From NCBI GenBank assembly GCA_041674765.1, contig JBAYVE010000002.1, forward strand, positions 113,467 to 177,466: 64,000 bases of DNA, in the 5' to 3' direction. The DNA is from Patescibacteria group bacterium. GTDB taxonomy: Bacteria > Patescibacteriota > UBA1384 > XYA2-FULL-43-10 > 1-14-0-10-43-13. Position numbers and translations under genes: made by a program. The notes below the pieces were generated by a model that was not told where the DNA came from, ran no database searches, and worked only from the letters and a program-made list of their open reading frames with translations. Below are positions 1 through 8,998 of this stretch, piece after piece (position 1 is the stretch's first letter; each line of letters opens with the position of its first letter).

Positions 1-2
1 CT

Positions 3-113
3 AAGGACAAGGGAAAGAGAGCCGAGATCCGAAAACATTATAATCAAGCCTTGAAAGAGGCGAGAGAAGTCATGCAGGCAGCGAAGAAAGAAGCTGTGAT
101 CACTACCAGATAG
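3..113 (+). CDS. 3' end of an unidentified upstream gene (partial, runs off window start)
   Basis: Open frame from the window edge to TAG at 111-113 (…KDKGKRAEIRKHYNQALKEAREVMQAAKKEAVITTR*). Not in the ORF track because it is partial. Confidence 0.3.
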   Translation, partial: KDKGKRAEIRKHYNQALKEAREVMQAAKKEAVITTR

Positions 114-120
114 GATGCAG

Positions 121-190
121 AGTAGAAGGTGGAATGTGGAACGTGGAATGGGGAATGTAGGGAATGGGGAGTGTGGAATGGGGAACGGGT
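121..190. repeat. G-rich degenerate tandem repeat (GGAATGK / GTGGAAYGGG units); second copy of this family lies at 57187-57284
   Basis: ggaatgtggaacgtggaatggggaatgtagggaatggggagtgtggaatggggaacggg lies directly after a stop codon. It contains four GGG tracts compatible with a G-quadruplex. Confidence 0.6.
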
Positions 191-217
191 GAGAGGAGAA
201 TGGATCTGAGATTTTAG

Positions 218-250
218 AAATGCCGCTCTCTAACGGGCGGCATTTTTATA
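218..250 (+). terminator. Rho-independent terminator
   Basis: aaATGCCGCtctctaacggGCGGCATTTTTat is a 7-bp GC stem followed by a T-run. Confidence 0.6.
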
Positions 251-300
251 TTGTGGATAACGTGTTCAACTTTTGTTCGGTATAGTGTAGACTGATAAAT

Positions 301-1527
301 ATGTCTATTACTAATCAACCAAAAGACTATCAAGTTCTGTTCCTTGACATGAATTCCTTCTTTGCCTCTGTCGAGCAACAAGTTCAGCCGGCACTCCGGG
401 GAGTTCCTCTCGGAGTTGCGCCTTATACCGGCGATACCGGTTGCATTATCGCTGCTTCCAGAGAAGCGAAGGCATTGGGGATTAGCATATCCAGAATTGG
501 CGAAGCAAAGAAAATTTATCCCCAGATAAAAATTATTGAGGCGAGGCCGGCGCTTTATATGATTTATCATAAGGAGATCTGTAAAGTGATTGAGTCATTT
601 ACGCCATACTTTGAGGCTTTGAGCATTGATGAATTTGCAATCAGACTAACACCGCAAGATCAAAATTATTTTTCCTCAATCAAATTGGCCGATGAATTGA
701 AGAGGGCTATTTTGGCAAGAGTGGGAGATTGGCTTACCTGTTCAATCGGAATAGGACCGTCAGTCTTTTTGGCGAAAGTAGCGGGGGAGCGACACAAGCC
801 GAACGGCTTGACCACAGTGGCCTTAAAAGATTTAGAGGACTTTTATTCAAAATTGAGGTTGACCGACCTGGTTGGGATAAATTGGCGAATGGAGATTCGC
901 TTGAAAAATTTTGGGATTGACTCCCCTCTTACTTTTTATAAAACTTCGATGGGGGATTTGATCCAAATGTTGAAACATGGAGGCCGGCTCTGGTATTTTC
1001 GTCTCCGCGGTCACGAGGTCGACGATTATATTATTAAAAATAAAACCATTGGCCATTCCCATGTCCTTCCGCCAGAGTTCCGGACCAAGGAAGGTGCTCT
1101 GCAAGTATTACGACGATTAATATTCAAAGCCGGTTACCGTATTAGGAAGGAAAATTACTCTGCTGGTGGAGTCGCTATTTCCATCAATTTTGTAGATAGG
1201 CAGGGATTTCAGCAGAGCCGTAAATTTGCCTCTTTCTCAGATAACGATAGCTTTTTAAAAAACGCATATGAAATTCTCAAGGATTGTCCCTGGCGAAGCC
1301 GGCCCATCTTAGTTTCAGTTTCTGCTTTTAACTTGGTAAGAAGAGACGGCATTCAAATTTCTATTTTTGCGGACATTGAAAAATCCCGACGAATTTCTGA
1401 GGCTTTAGATCAGGTTAATGATGATTATGGCGCCGATACTATTTATCCCGCCTCGACGTTTCAGTCTCGAGAAACAGCGCCAGATCGAATTCCTTTCGGC
1501 AAACCGAGATACGAGATATTGCATTAA
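301..1527 (+). CDS. dinB: Y-family DNA polymerase (DNA polymerase IV-like)
   Basis: The N-terminal FLDMNSFFASVEQ motif is characteristic of the UmuC/DinB family. Length is 408 aa. Confidence 0.85.
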   Translation: MSITNQPKDYQVLFLDMNSFFASVEQQVQPALRGVPLGVAPYTGDTGCIIAASREAKALGISISRIGEAKKIYPQIKIIEARPALYMIYHKEICKVIESFTPYFEALSIDEFAIRLTPQDQNYFSSIKLADELKRAILARVGDWLTCSIGIGPSVFLAKVAGERHKPNGLTTVALKDLEDFYSKLRLTDLVGINWRMEIRLKNFGIDSPLTFYKTSMGDLIQMLKHGGRLWYFRLRGHEVDDYIIKNKTIGHSHVLPPEFRTKEGALQVLRRLIFKAGYRIRKENYSAGGVAISINFVDRQGFQQSRKFASFSDNDSFLKNAYEILKDCPWRSRPILVSVSAFNLVRRDGIQISIFADIEKSRRISEALDQVNDDYGADTIYPASTFQSRETAPDRIPFGKPRYEILH

Positions 1528-1634
1528 TTAGTGGAAAGTTCATAAAGTTAAAAGTCTTTTTTGAAGTGAGATACAAGTTGCTTTATAAACTTTAAGAACT
1601 TTCAGACTTTATAAACTTAATAAACTTATTTTTA

Positions 1635-1663
1635 TTGCAATAAAAAGGTGGCTTGTTTATAAT
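1635..1663 (+). promoter_or_regulatory. sigma70-like promoter (TTGCAA-N17-TATAAT)
   Basis: ttgcaa at 1635-1640 and tataat at 1658-1663 with a 17-nt spacer, upstream of the 1710 CDS. Confidence 0.45.
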
Positions 1664-1709
1664 GTAAGAAAGGCGTTTTGTGCCTAAGTTTTTAGTTAGG
1701 AAGGGATCT

Positions 1710-2045
1710 ATGGGCAAAATGACAATTGATGAGTTGGCGATGATTGTTGCTAAAGGATTTGAGGAAATGAGTGCAAAGATTGAATCTGAAGTCTCTTTGG
1801 TTCGAACTGACTTAAGCAATGAGATATCAGCTGTTCGAACTGACTTAAGCAACGAGATATCCTCAGTCAGGATGGATATTCACCGCCTTGATAGCAAGAC
1901 AACATCGATGCAGCAGGACATCGCTTTTATCAGAAAGAGGACGCTGGAAGACGATAATGCCATTGTAGCTGACGTCGTACAATTAACCAAAAAATTGGAT
2001 TCTTTTGATAAAAGAATCACCAAATTGGAAATTGCTAAAGTATAA
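1710..2045 (+). CDS. small coiled-coil protein with an internal tandem repeat (SLVRTDLSNEIS x2.5)
   Basis: The ATG at 1710 is preceded by AGGAAGGG. The track ORF 1680-2045 begins earlier without an RBS. Confidence 0.5.
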   Translation: MGKMTIDELAMIVAKGFEEMSAKIESEVSLVRTDLSNEISAVRTDLSNEISSVRMDIHRLDSKTTSMQQDIAFIRKRTLEDDNAIVADVVQLTKKLDSFDKRITKLEIAKV

Positions 2046-2066
2046 AACTATAAGTTGAGGGGAATA

Positions 2067-4778
2067 ATGGTAAAACTTTCTATTTCGAGAGTCTTTCATC
2101 GACGAAAAAAGATCAGGATTGTGTCGTTACTAGCGTTGATAATTTTGCTGGTTTTCTCATTTCAATTAATGACAAACGGACCAAGACAAACTCATGCTAT
2201 CGGTGAAACTCCCGATAATCCGATTGCTATAACGACTGACGGTTTTGTCCTGAATAACACTTTTTGTCCTGTCGGCAGCGGTAACTATATTGATGGGGGA
2301 GTTTATAACCCAAACGGAGAATTTTCGGGCGTTATTTGTAATAATTCAGTCGAGTTAGCTTCCTTTGGCTGGTATCAAAATAAATGGCAATATATTTATA
2401 AATATATTGAAATCAGAGGTAATATTACAGTCACTCTTTGGGGAACTCTAACTGCCAAGGGATTGACGCTCAAGGATGGGGCAAGTGTCACTCATGCGCC
2501 TCTGGTGTACTATGACAATACTCCCAAACTTGATTATAACAATACGTCATATGGTAATCTTCGGACTCCTGGATACCAGGTTACTGGCACAGAACATGAT
2601 TTCGACCAGAATACTGGGATTTTATCGAGTTTAGGCAGTCTCAAAAAAGTCGAAATCAGTGCGACTGATTTCATCCGAGTCGAGGATGGCAGTAAGCTTG
2701 ATGCAACTGGTCGTGGTTATCCGGGAGGAAATGCCAGTCATGTTGGATATCCTATCAACAACGGCGGCGGTTATCCGACCGTGATATCGGATGCAAACGA
2801 ATACGGCGTAGGGGTTTCCGGCGGCTCACCGGTGGTTGCGGGTGGAAGCGGACGAACTGCGGATGGCAACATTAACACCAGCAATGGGGTTGTCTATAAT
2901 AGCAAAAAGACCCCGACCTATTATGGCGGAGGCGGAGGAGCTGTCATGTATAGCTCGACACTTCAGGCTTTGGGTGGCAACGGCGGCGGTTATATCAAGA
3001 TTTACGGCCAAGGGCGGTTAGAATTGTTTCCAACTGCTCAGATATTAGCAAACGGTACGTCTGGCCTTCCTCAAGCCGGAGGAATTGGCGGCGGCGGCGC
3101 AGGAGGGGCCGGAACTATCGACATTGGCGTCAATACAATAAAATCGGTTCCAACCTTTAGCAAATCCCCGAATGTTGCCGGAGGTGTCTTGATCGGGGCC
3201 AAAAGTTATCCAAACATGACTCTGACACAACTAAGAGGCGGTTCCGGATCACTTACAAACGGAGCACCTTATCTTTTAATCGGTGATATCCAAGCTGTCG
3301 GGGGTAACGCTGTCGTATTAAGCACAAATGCGGCTGTTTCTGGTTATACGGGATCTAGCGGCGCCGGAGGGAGGATTACCATAGCCGGAGCGTATGAACC
3401 TTTATGTGAAATTACAGCCAATAGCGGTTTGACATCTATTCCGGCTCAGTGCGAAGGCAAAGACGTTACGCTAAATGGGCAGAACCAAGATAATTTTTAT
3501 GTTTACGCTGATGGCGTTACAATTTGGCAGCCAGGAGTAACCGGTCAAACCGCCGGAACCGCTTGTAACGATTCGAACAATCAATTTTGCAATACAAAAA
3601 GAGTTTTTAGCAGTTTGACGATTAGTAATAAAGCCATTTTGACTCATCAAGCTGTAAGCATACCGGAGATGTCAAATTCAACGGGAAATTCCTTGGCAAA
3701 TGCCGTCATAGGCACCGGCCGATGGCATAAAGTTGATATAACGACAGCCGGAAATATTAATTTCTCCGGTGGGGGTAAAATCGATGTGTCGAGCAAAGGT
3801 TATCCGGGCGGCACTTCTACCCATCTTCCGGGATATGGAATTGGCGGCGGTGGCGGTCAGCAGATCAATGAAGGAGACTCAGGAATCGGAAGCGGTGGCG
3901 GCGGACATGGTGGTGTTGGTGGTCGGGGTGAGTCTGATGGCGGCTTGACTGCAACTGGAGGGATTTCATATGAAAGCGAGAGTTCACCCGTAGATTTTGG
4001 CTCGGGGGGAGGTTGGGCTAACAATAGTGGCGATGGATCTATTAACGGTGCGCCTGGCGGAGGTAGAGTAAAGCTCGCGATAAATTCTCTGATCATCGGG
4101 ACCGGATGCACTGCTTCTACTTGCGGTGTTTTTGCCAATGGTGGAGACGGAGGTATCAGTGACGGTAGTTATGCTGGTGCTGGTTCGGGCGGGTCTATCT
4201 GGATCGAAGCTGAGGGATCAGTGGCCGGAATAGGGCAGGTAAATGGGGGAACGGGCAAAGAGAACGGCAGCAAAGGAACCTTCGTGTCGGCAAATGTTCT
4301 GATTTCTTCAAACGAATTCTATCTGACGGCAAATGGCGGTAACGCGAGTAATGCCGGCACCCGACGTGGTGGCGGAGGTGGGGGCGGCCGGATTTATCTC
4401 TTAAAACAGATTGAACAGATAAATGCAGTTTCGATTAAGAAAACGCTAAGAGCCCGGTTTAGAGATGGTAGCGGTGAAGCGATTCAATGTCCGGATGTGC
4501 CTAATAGTGACAATAAAAATTGTTTTAATCCTTATGCAATTCGCTACAAAGATACTATCGAGGTTCAGATTGATATTGCCAATCTCAATCTGGAGAAACC
4601 GGTGCTTATTGAGGATGAGTTTCTCAACTTGCATAACGCTTCCGGCACGAAATGTAGTCCCGTGGATGGCCATTATGTCGGTCCGACTCAGCCTATTGTC
4701 AGCGGAAGCAAGTTATCATGGTCATTTGTGCCATCGTACGAGACTGAAGTTTTAAAGTATTGGTGTAAAGTACAATGA
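2067..4778 (+). CDS. large glycine-rich secreted protein (putative beta-helix/adhesin-like surface protein)
   Basis: The ATG at 2067 follows GAGGGG. There is an N-terminal hydrophobic segment. GYPGG and GGxGGxG glycine runs recur throughout. Length is about 900 aa. Confidence 0.6.
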   Translation: MVKLSISRVFHRRKKIRIVSLLALIILLVFSFQLMTNGPRQTHAIGETPDNPIAITTDGFVLNNTFCPVGSGNYIDGGVYNPNGEFSGVICNNSVELASFGWYQNKWQYIYKYIEIRGNITVTLWGTLTAKGLTLKDGASVTHAPLVYYDNTPKLDYNNTSYGNLRTPGYQVTGTEHDFDQNTGILSSLGSLKKVEISATDFIRVEDGSKLDATGRGYPGGNASHVGYPINNGGGYPTVISDANEYGVGVSGGSPVVAGGSGRTADGNINTSNGVVYNSKKTPTYYGGGGGAVMYSSTLQALGGNGGGYIKIYGQGRLELFPTAQILANGTSGLPQAGGIGGGGAGGAGTIDIGVNTIKSVPTFSKSPNVAGGVLIGAKSYPNMTLTQLRGGSGSLTNGAPYLLIGDIQAVGGNAVVLSTNAAVSGYTGSSGAGGRITIAGAYEPLCEITANSGLTSIPAQCEGKDVTLNGQNQDNFYVYADGVTIWQPGVTGQTAGTACNDSNNQFCNTKRVFSSLTISNKAILTHQAVSIPEMSNSTGNSLANAVIGTGRWHKVDITTAGNINFSGGGKIDVSSKGYPGGTSTHLPGYGIGGGGGQQINEGDSGIGSGGGGHGGVGGRGESDGGLTATGGISYESESSPVDFGSGGGWANNSGDGSINGAPGGGRVKLAINSLIIGTGCTASTCGVFANGGDGGISDGSYAGAGSGGSIWIEAEGSVAGIGQVNGGTGKENGSKGTFVSANVLISSNEFYLTANGGNASNAGTRRGGGGGGGRIYLLKQIEQINAVSIKKTLRARFRDGSGEAIQCPDVPNSDNKNCFNPYAIRYKDTIEVQIDIANLNLEKPVLIEDEFLNLHNASGTKCSPVDGHYVGPTQPIVSGSKLSWSFVPSYETEVLKYWCKVQ

Positions 4779-5707
4779 TTCACCGATTGATAACAAAAAT
4801 TATATTTTGGTTATTGTTGATTGTTTTTTTTAGTAATAGTACTGCCAAAGCGGCTGATATGCCAAAGGATATGGCTGTGGGCCAAACCACGGTAACGCAA
4901 GGCGATACGATTACTTTCGGCGGCAATTCGGGTAATTTTTCTGTTTTGAACGATATCAATGCCAGCATGGATTATGGTTTTCAAAATAGTATTTTAAATA
5001 ACAGCGCTTGCTTTGATGTGCCCATCACTCGAGCTGGTTACTGTTTTATTTTGGGTACCGGTCTGACGGGGAACGGTTTAGCCGGATCGAACCGTTTATT
5101 AGTTAGCCGTACATACATTAAGGTTGGCGAGGAAGAAATGGCTGAGTTCTTAGAAACACCGGCTCTTTATCTGGGCGGTACAAATATAACCGGAGATGCG
5201 TATGGCAATGATTATCTGAAAGATTTTTCTTTTTGGGGAAAAAATTTGGCACAGGGCGAAGGACAAACAGGCTCAGTTGATAACGGAGCAACATGGCAGA
5301 TGGAAAACTACTCATTGAATTCCGATGCACAGTCCTCCTGGTTAGACGAGACCGGGCAGGAGGCACAGGTTTTTGAAGATTATCGTGCAAAAATTTCACA
5401 ATTGACTGGTGGCGCCGAATCAATTGACAGTGCAGTTTTGATGGGCCGGAATATCTGGAATCTACAATCATCAGTTCCAAAATTTGGTACTGAAGCTGAT
5501 GGAGGCTCAGAACAAAACAAATTTCCTGATGGCAAAGTTTGGATTGTTGACGCTGGAGGCTCAGAAATTGTGATCAGCCAAGATGTGACATATTATGGCT
5601 TGGGAACCCTTATCGTTAAAAATGGAATTTTCAAAATCGGCGATAATGTGGAGATTTCACCAAATAATCCCAGTACGGATCACTTAGGCATTATGATTAT
5701 AAACTAA
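4775..5707 (+). CDS. secreted hypothetical protein
   Basis: Start overlaps the upstream stop by 4 nt (ATGA). There is a signal-peptide-like N-terminus (LLLIVFFSNSTAKAAD). Confidence 0.55.
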   Translation: MIHRLITKIIFWLLLIVFFSNSTAKAADMPKDMAVGQTTVTQGDTITFGGNSGNFSVLNDINASMDYGFQNSILNNSACFDVPITRAGYCFILGTGLTGNGLAGSNRLLVSRTYIKVGEEEMAEFLETPALYLGGTNITGDAYGNDYLKDFSFWGKNLAQGEGQTGSVDNGATWQMENYSLNSDAQSSWLDETGQEAQVFEDYRAKISQLTGGAESIDSAVLMGRNIWNLQSSVPKFGTEADGGSEQNKFPDGKVWIVDAGGSEIVISQDVTYYGLGTLIVKNGIFKIGDNVEISPNNPSTDHLGIMIIN

Positions 5708-5712
5708 CAAAG

Positions 5713-7326
5713 ATGATGAAAGTAAAAATATTTAATCGGATTGCTACGAGAAAACGGCTTATTGCAATTTCAAGCCTTTCTGGTATCGGCTTGATCGTCG
5801 GTTCGTTTTTGGTTTTTAAATTCATTTTAGCGGCTCCGGGGGGGAGTTTGGCGATTACAAATTTTACTTCTAGCTGGTATTCGCCGCCGGCCACCCAGCG
5901 GATTACACTGACAACAAAGACGGCTGCCATCAATATCACTGATCCTATTGTTTATACCTACTATTGTGACACTAGTCTTAGCAGTCCGTCTGGTAGTGAA
6001 ATCAAGCAACCAGGGGAGGAAAGTCTTTTTTACTGTGTTTACAATACTGTAGGCGATAGGACCGCTCGAGTAACCGCAAGTGCGGAAGGTCTCAGCAACA
6101 GCGCCAGTTTGGTAATAAGTGTTGTTAGTGCGCCAACAAGCGGTTTTAAAAGTGTTAGCTTGACTCCCTCCAAAACGACGGTTGATTATGGAAAAAATGA
6201 TGTTACGCTCCACGCCACTGCTATTAGCGCTAGCGCGGGTTCGTCATCTACTTGTTATCTGTCCCCGGGGGAGTTAAATGGAGACTTCAACCAGATTCCG
6301 ACCCAACAGAGTATTGACGAAAATATCGCCAGAAGTTTTTGGAGAGACACAAAAACATGGCCGTCTGATATTGATAGTTTTGTGGATATTCCCTCGAACT
6401 TGACAGAGAATACTACCTTCAATTTATTTTGCTATTGTGACACATGCGGCAGCAAGCCCGAAAATCTATGGATTGATAAGGTGAATATCGCTGTTAACAC
6501 TGATCCTCCGAGTATTAATTTCTTGATAAATGAACAAGTGGGATCTTTTCAGATCGATGATTCCGCAAATCTAAATCTTCGATGGGCGGCAAGTGGAAAT
6601 TATCTTGACCCTCCGGTATTAGATATTTCCTCTTCTGGAGAATCTACGCTTCCTAACGGAAGCACGTCCAAAATAATTGATCATAGCGAATTAACGGTCG
6701 GTACAAATGTCCTCAAGATCGGTTATAGGTCATCTGTTACACAATCAGTTGTTTGGTCTGAGCCGGTTACTGTGGTTGTTAGCCAATCTCTGCCATATCC
6801 TATTGTCCGGCTATCCTTCTCTGATGACAGTGACCAGAAATCTGTTGATCAGGGAGGACAGGTCGGGGTTGAATGGAATATCACGACGTCTGAAGGAGGA
6901 GAAGTCAATTCCACCGATTATTCTTGCACATGGAAAAATATGACTGGCGGAACGAACTTGCCCCAACCGATAGGCAGTTTAAATTCTGGAACCGTCGAAA
7001 ATATTACCAAAAGCGGCGAGATCACCCTGACCTGTTGGATTTTAAACCATGAAGAGACTACAACCGCCAAGGATAGTATTAAGGTACTTATCAACTCTGC
7101 CCTGGTATTTGGAAAAAACAGTAAATTTCAGGGAGTTGTTTTTTCCGAGGGCACTATCACTATAAATAGTAATTCGGAGTTGAAGGGTTCATTTGTTGGT
7201 AAGGATTTCGATATGACTAGTATGTCAAATATTAATATTTTCTATGATTATAATTTAGATGAGGGATGGCCGCCTGGATTCCGGTATCTGAAAATGCCAT
7301 CGCCAAAAGAAATAGGCAACAGATAG
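5713..7326 (+). CDS. membrane-anchored extracellular hypothetical protein
   Basis: An N-terminal TM segment is followed by a 500-aa Ser/Thr-rich region. The gene sits immediately upstream of the pilus locus. Confidence 0.55.
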   Translation: MMKVKIFNRIATRKRLIAISSLSGIGLIVGSFLVFKFILAAPGGSLAITNFTSSWYSPPATQRITLTTKTAAINITDPIVYTYYCDTSLSSPSGSEIKQPGEESLFYCVYNTVGDRTARVTASAEGLSNSASLVISVVSAPTSGFKSVSLTPSKTTVDYGKNDVTLHATAISASAGSSSTCYLSPGELNGDFNQIPTQQSIDENIARSFWRDTKTWPSDIDSFVDIPSNLTENTTFNLFCYCDTCGSKPENLWIDKVNIAVNTDPPSINFLINEQVGSFQIDDSANLNLRWAASGNYLDPPVLDISSSGESTLPNGSTSKIIDHSELTVGTNVLKIGYRSSVTQSVVWSEPVTVVVSQSLPYPIVRLSFSDDSDQKSVDQGGQVGVEWNITTSEGGEVNSTDYSCTWKNMTGGTNLPQPIGSLNSGTVENITKSGEITLTCWILNHEETTTAKDSIKVLINSALVFGKNSKFQGVVFSEGTITINSNSELKGSFVGKDFDMTSMSNINIFYDYNLDEGWPPGFRYLKMPSPKEIGNR

Positions 7327-7422
7327 TAACTAAAGCCCGAGTTCTAAATATGGTAAGCCTTGTATTAATTTTCAAGTAAAGATAAAATATAAATGACTAC
7401 TGGTTAAGATCTAGGAGGGACA

Positions 7423-8130
7423 ATGGGAGGAACAATTCATGGAGGACAGGCGGCAATGCCAGCGATGGCACAGGTCTCTTCTGACGAATTCACGACCTTT
7501 TCCGACAAAAAGGGGACCAATCTCGGACTACTTTTTTGTTGGTTTGGAGCTATTATCGCACTCATTGCGACTATTTTATTTGGATTGATGCAATATAGCT
7601 CTAATCAGAGGTTGAATACGAAGAAGGGTGAATTAGAGCAGGTTGTTAGTGATATAAACAGCCGTTTTTCCGGTGTGGAAAGTCAGGCCACCTCTTTTAA
7701 ATCTGCTGTTGCCGGGCTTGCAAAAGCCGAAAAAGACAGATACGAAGTCGAGCCCTTTTTAAAAGAACTTTATACTAAAATCAGTAAGAACGTTGTCATC
7801 AGAAACCTTAGTATCAATAGCGATGGTCGGATAAGTATTGACGGTAATACAGATAGTTACCGGTCTGTTGCAGATCAGATGGTCACGTTAAAAGAATGGA
7901 AATCCGGCAAGAAGAATATCCTCAAGAATGTAGAATTGAAAGGGGTCAGTGAAAATATAAATTCTGGTACTCCGATAGTTCAGTTCTCTCTTTCGGCTCA
8001 GATTGACAAAGACGTCTCTCTGGAACTACCGGAGACGGCTGATCTGACAGGTGAAAGTACTGGTGCTGACTCTGAAGCAGATTCTTTGCCCGATATTATG
8101 CTTGATGGAGGTGATGATGCAGAAATCTAA
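7423..8130 (+). CDS. PilN-like type IV pilus assembly protein (bitopic)
   Basis: An AGGAGGG RBS precedes the start. A single TM is followed by a coiled coil and a C-terminal VVIRNLSINSDGRISIDG-type PilN fold signature. Position is 5' of pilO/pilB. Confidence 0.5.
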   Translation: MGGTIHGGQAAMPAMAQVSSDEFTTFSDKKGTNLGLLFCWFGAIIALIATILFGLMQYSSNQRLNTKKGELEQVVSDINSRFSGVESQATSFKSAVAGLAKAEKDRYEVEPFLKELYTKISKNVVIRNLSINSDGRISIDGNTDSYRSVADQMVTLKEWKSGKKNILKNVELKGVSENINSGTPIVQFSLSAQIDKDVSLELPETADLTGESTGADSEADSLPDIMLDGGDDAEI

Positions 8131-8704
8131 TAGAAACCCTCTTAGCGTTTTAACAGCAATTTTATTGATTGGTATTTGCTATATCGTTTCATACATCTTT
8201 TTGATTCCCAAATATACTAGTATCAGACAAGACCTAGCCCAGAAGGAAGCCGAGGTCACGGCGGCTGCGGCAAAGAGAGACTCTTTGGCAAAAAGTAAAG
8301 AGACTCTAAATGGATTAGGAAGCATCGTCGATCAACTGTTTGTTTCAATGCCCATTGATAAAGATGAACCAAACCTAATCGCTGAATTAGAGGCGATTGC
8401 TGCTAAAAATAAGACATATATACCTTCAATACAAATTTCCGATGGCAAAGCAGACATAAATAAAAATCTACTTACAACTGTTTCGTTCTCGGTAAATGGA
8501 TCTTTCTCGGACTTAAACCAATTCATCTCATCTCTAGAGAACAACATTAAATTTTTCTCGATTAAAAGCATGAGCCTGACAACTGCAGGATCCGACGTTG
8601 TCTCCCTCTCAATTTCTATGGATGCTTACCGGTTGCCCGATAACAGTTATTCTCTTTCGACGAGATTGGATCCAAGCAGTTCTTCACAGAATATAATACA
8701 ATAA
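8114..8704 (+). CDS. PilO-like type IV pilus assembly protein
   Basis: In-frame ATG ATG at 8114 overlaps the PilN-like stop. A TM is followed by a coiled coil and a C-terminal domain. The track start at 8051 lacks an RBS. Confidence 0.45.
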   Translation: MMQKSNRNPLSVLTAILLIGICYIVSYIFLIPKYTSIRQDLAQKEAEVTAAAAKRDSLAKSKETLNGLGSIVDQLFVSMPIDKDEPNLIAELEAIAAKNKTYIPSIQISDGKADINKNLLTTVSFSVNGSFSDLNQFISSLENNIKFFSIKSMSLTTAGSDVVSLSISMDAYRLPDNSYSLSTRLDPSSSSQNIIQ

Positions 8705-8712
8705 AGGAAACG

Positions 8713-8988
8713 ATGAAGAAGCAAATAAATTATAAAACACTGGGGATTATAGGGGGGGCATGCATTTTTGCTATTAGTGCTATCTTATTTTACGATCTTT
8801 GGAACAAAACCGTTCCGGAGATTGACTATACTGCTAGAGTCGGCGCTCAATACCAGGTTGTAAATATCGAGAACGAAAAGCAAGAGGCTGAAGAATTAGT
8901 CGCGGGCAAAGAAAATAATGTTCCCATGCCTATTTCACCGCTTTCTGGGGATAAAGTCGGTAAAGAAAACCCTTTTTCTAGTTTATAA
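8713..8988 (+). CDS. small membrane protein in pilus locus (PilP-like position)
   Basis: An AAGGAA RBS precedes the start. There is one TM. Length is 91 aa. Confidence 0.4.
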   Translation: MKKQINYKTLGIIGGACIFAISAILFYDLWNKTVPEIDYTARVGAQYQVVNIENEKQEAEELVAGKENNVPMPISPLSGDKVGKENPFSSL

Positions 8989-8998
8989 GAGATAAAAA

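Noticed and set aside
214-570. 118-aa minus-strand ORF overlapping the dinB start
   Set aside because: It is antisense to a well-supported Y-family polymerase gene and overlaps the upstream terminator. It has no RBS and no recognisable motif.
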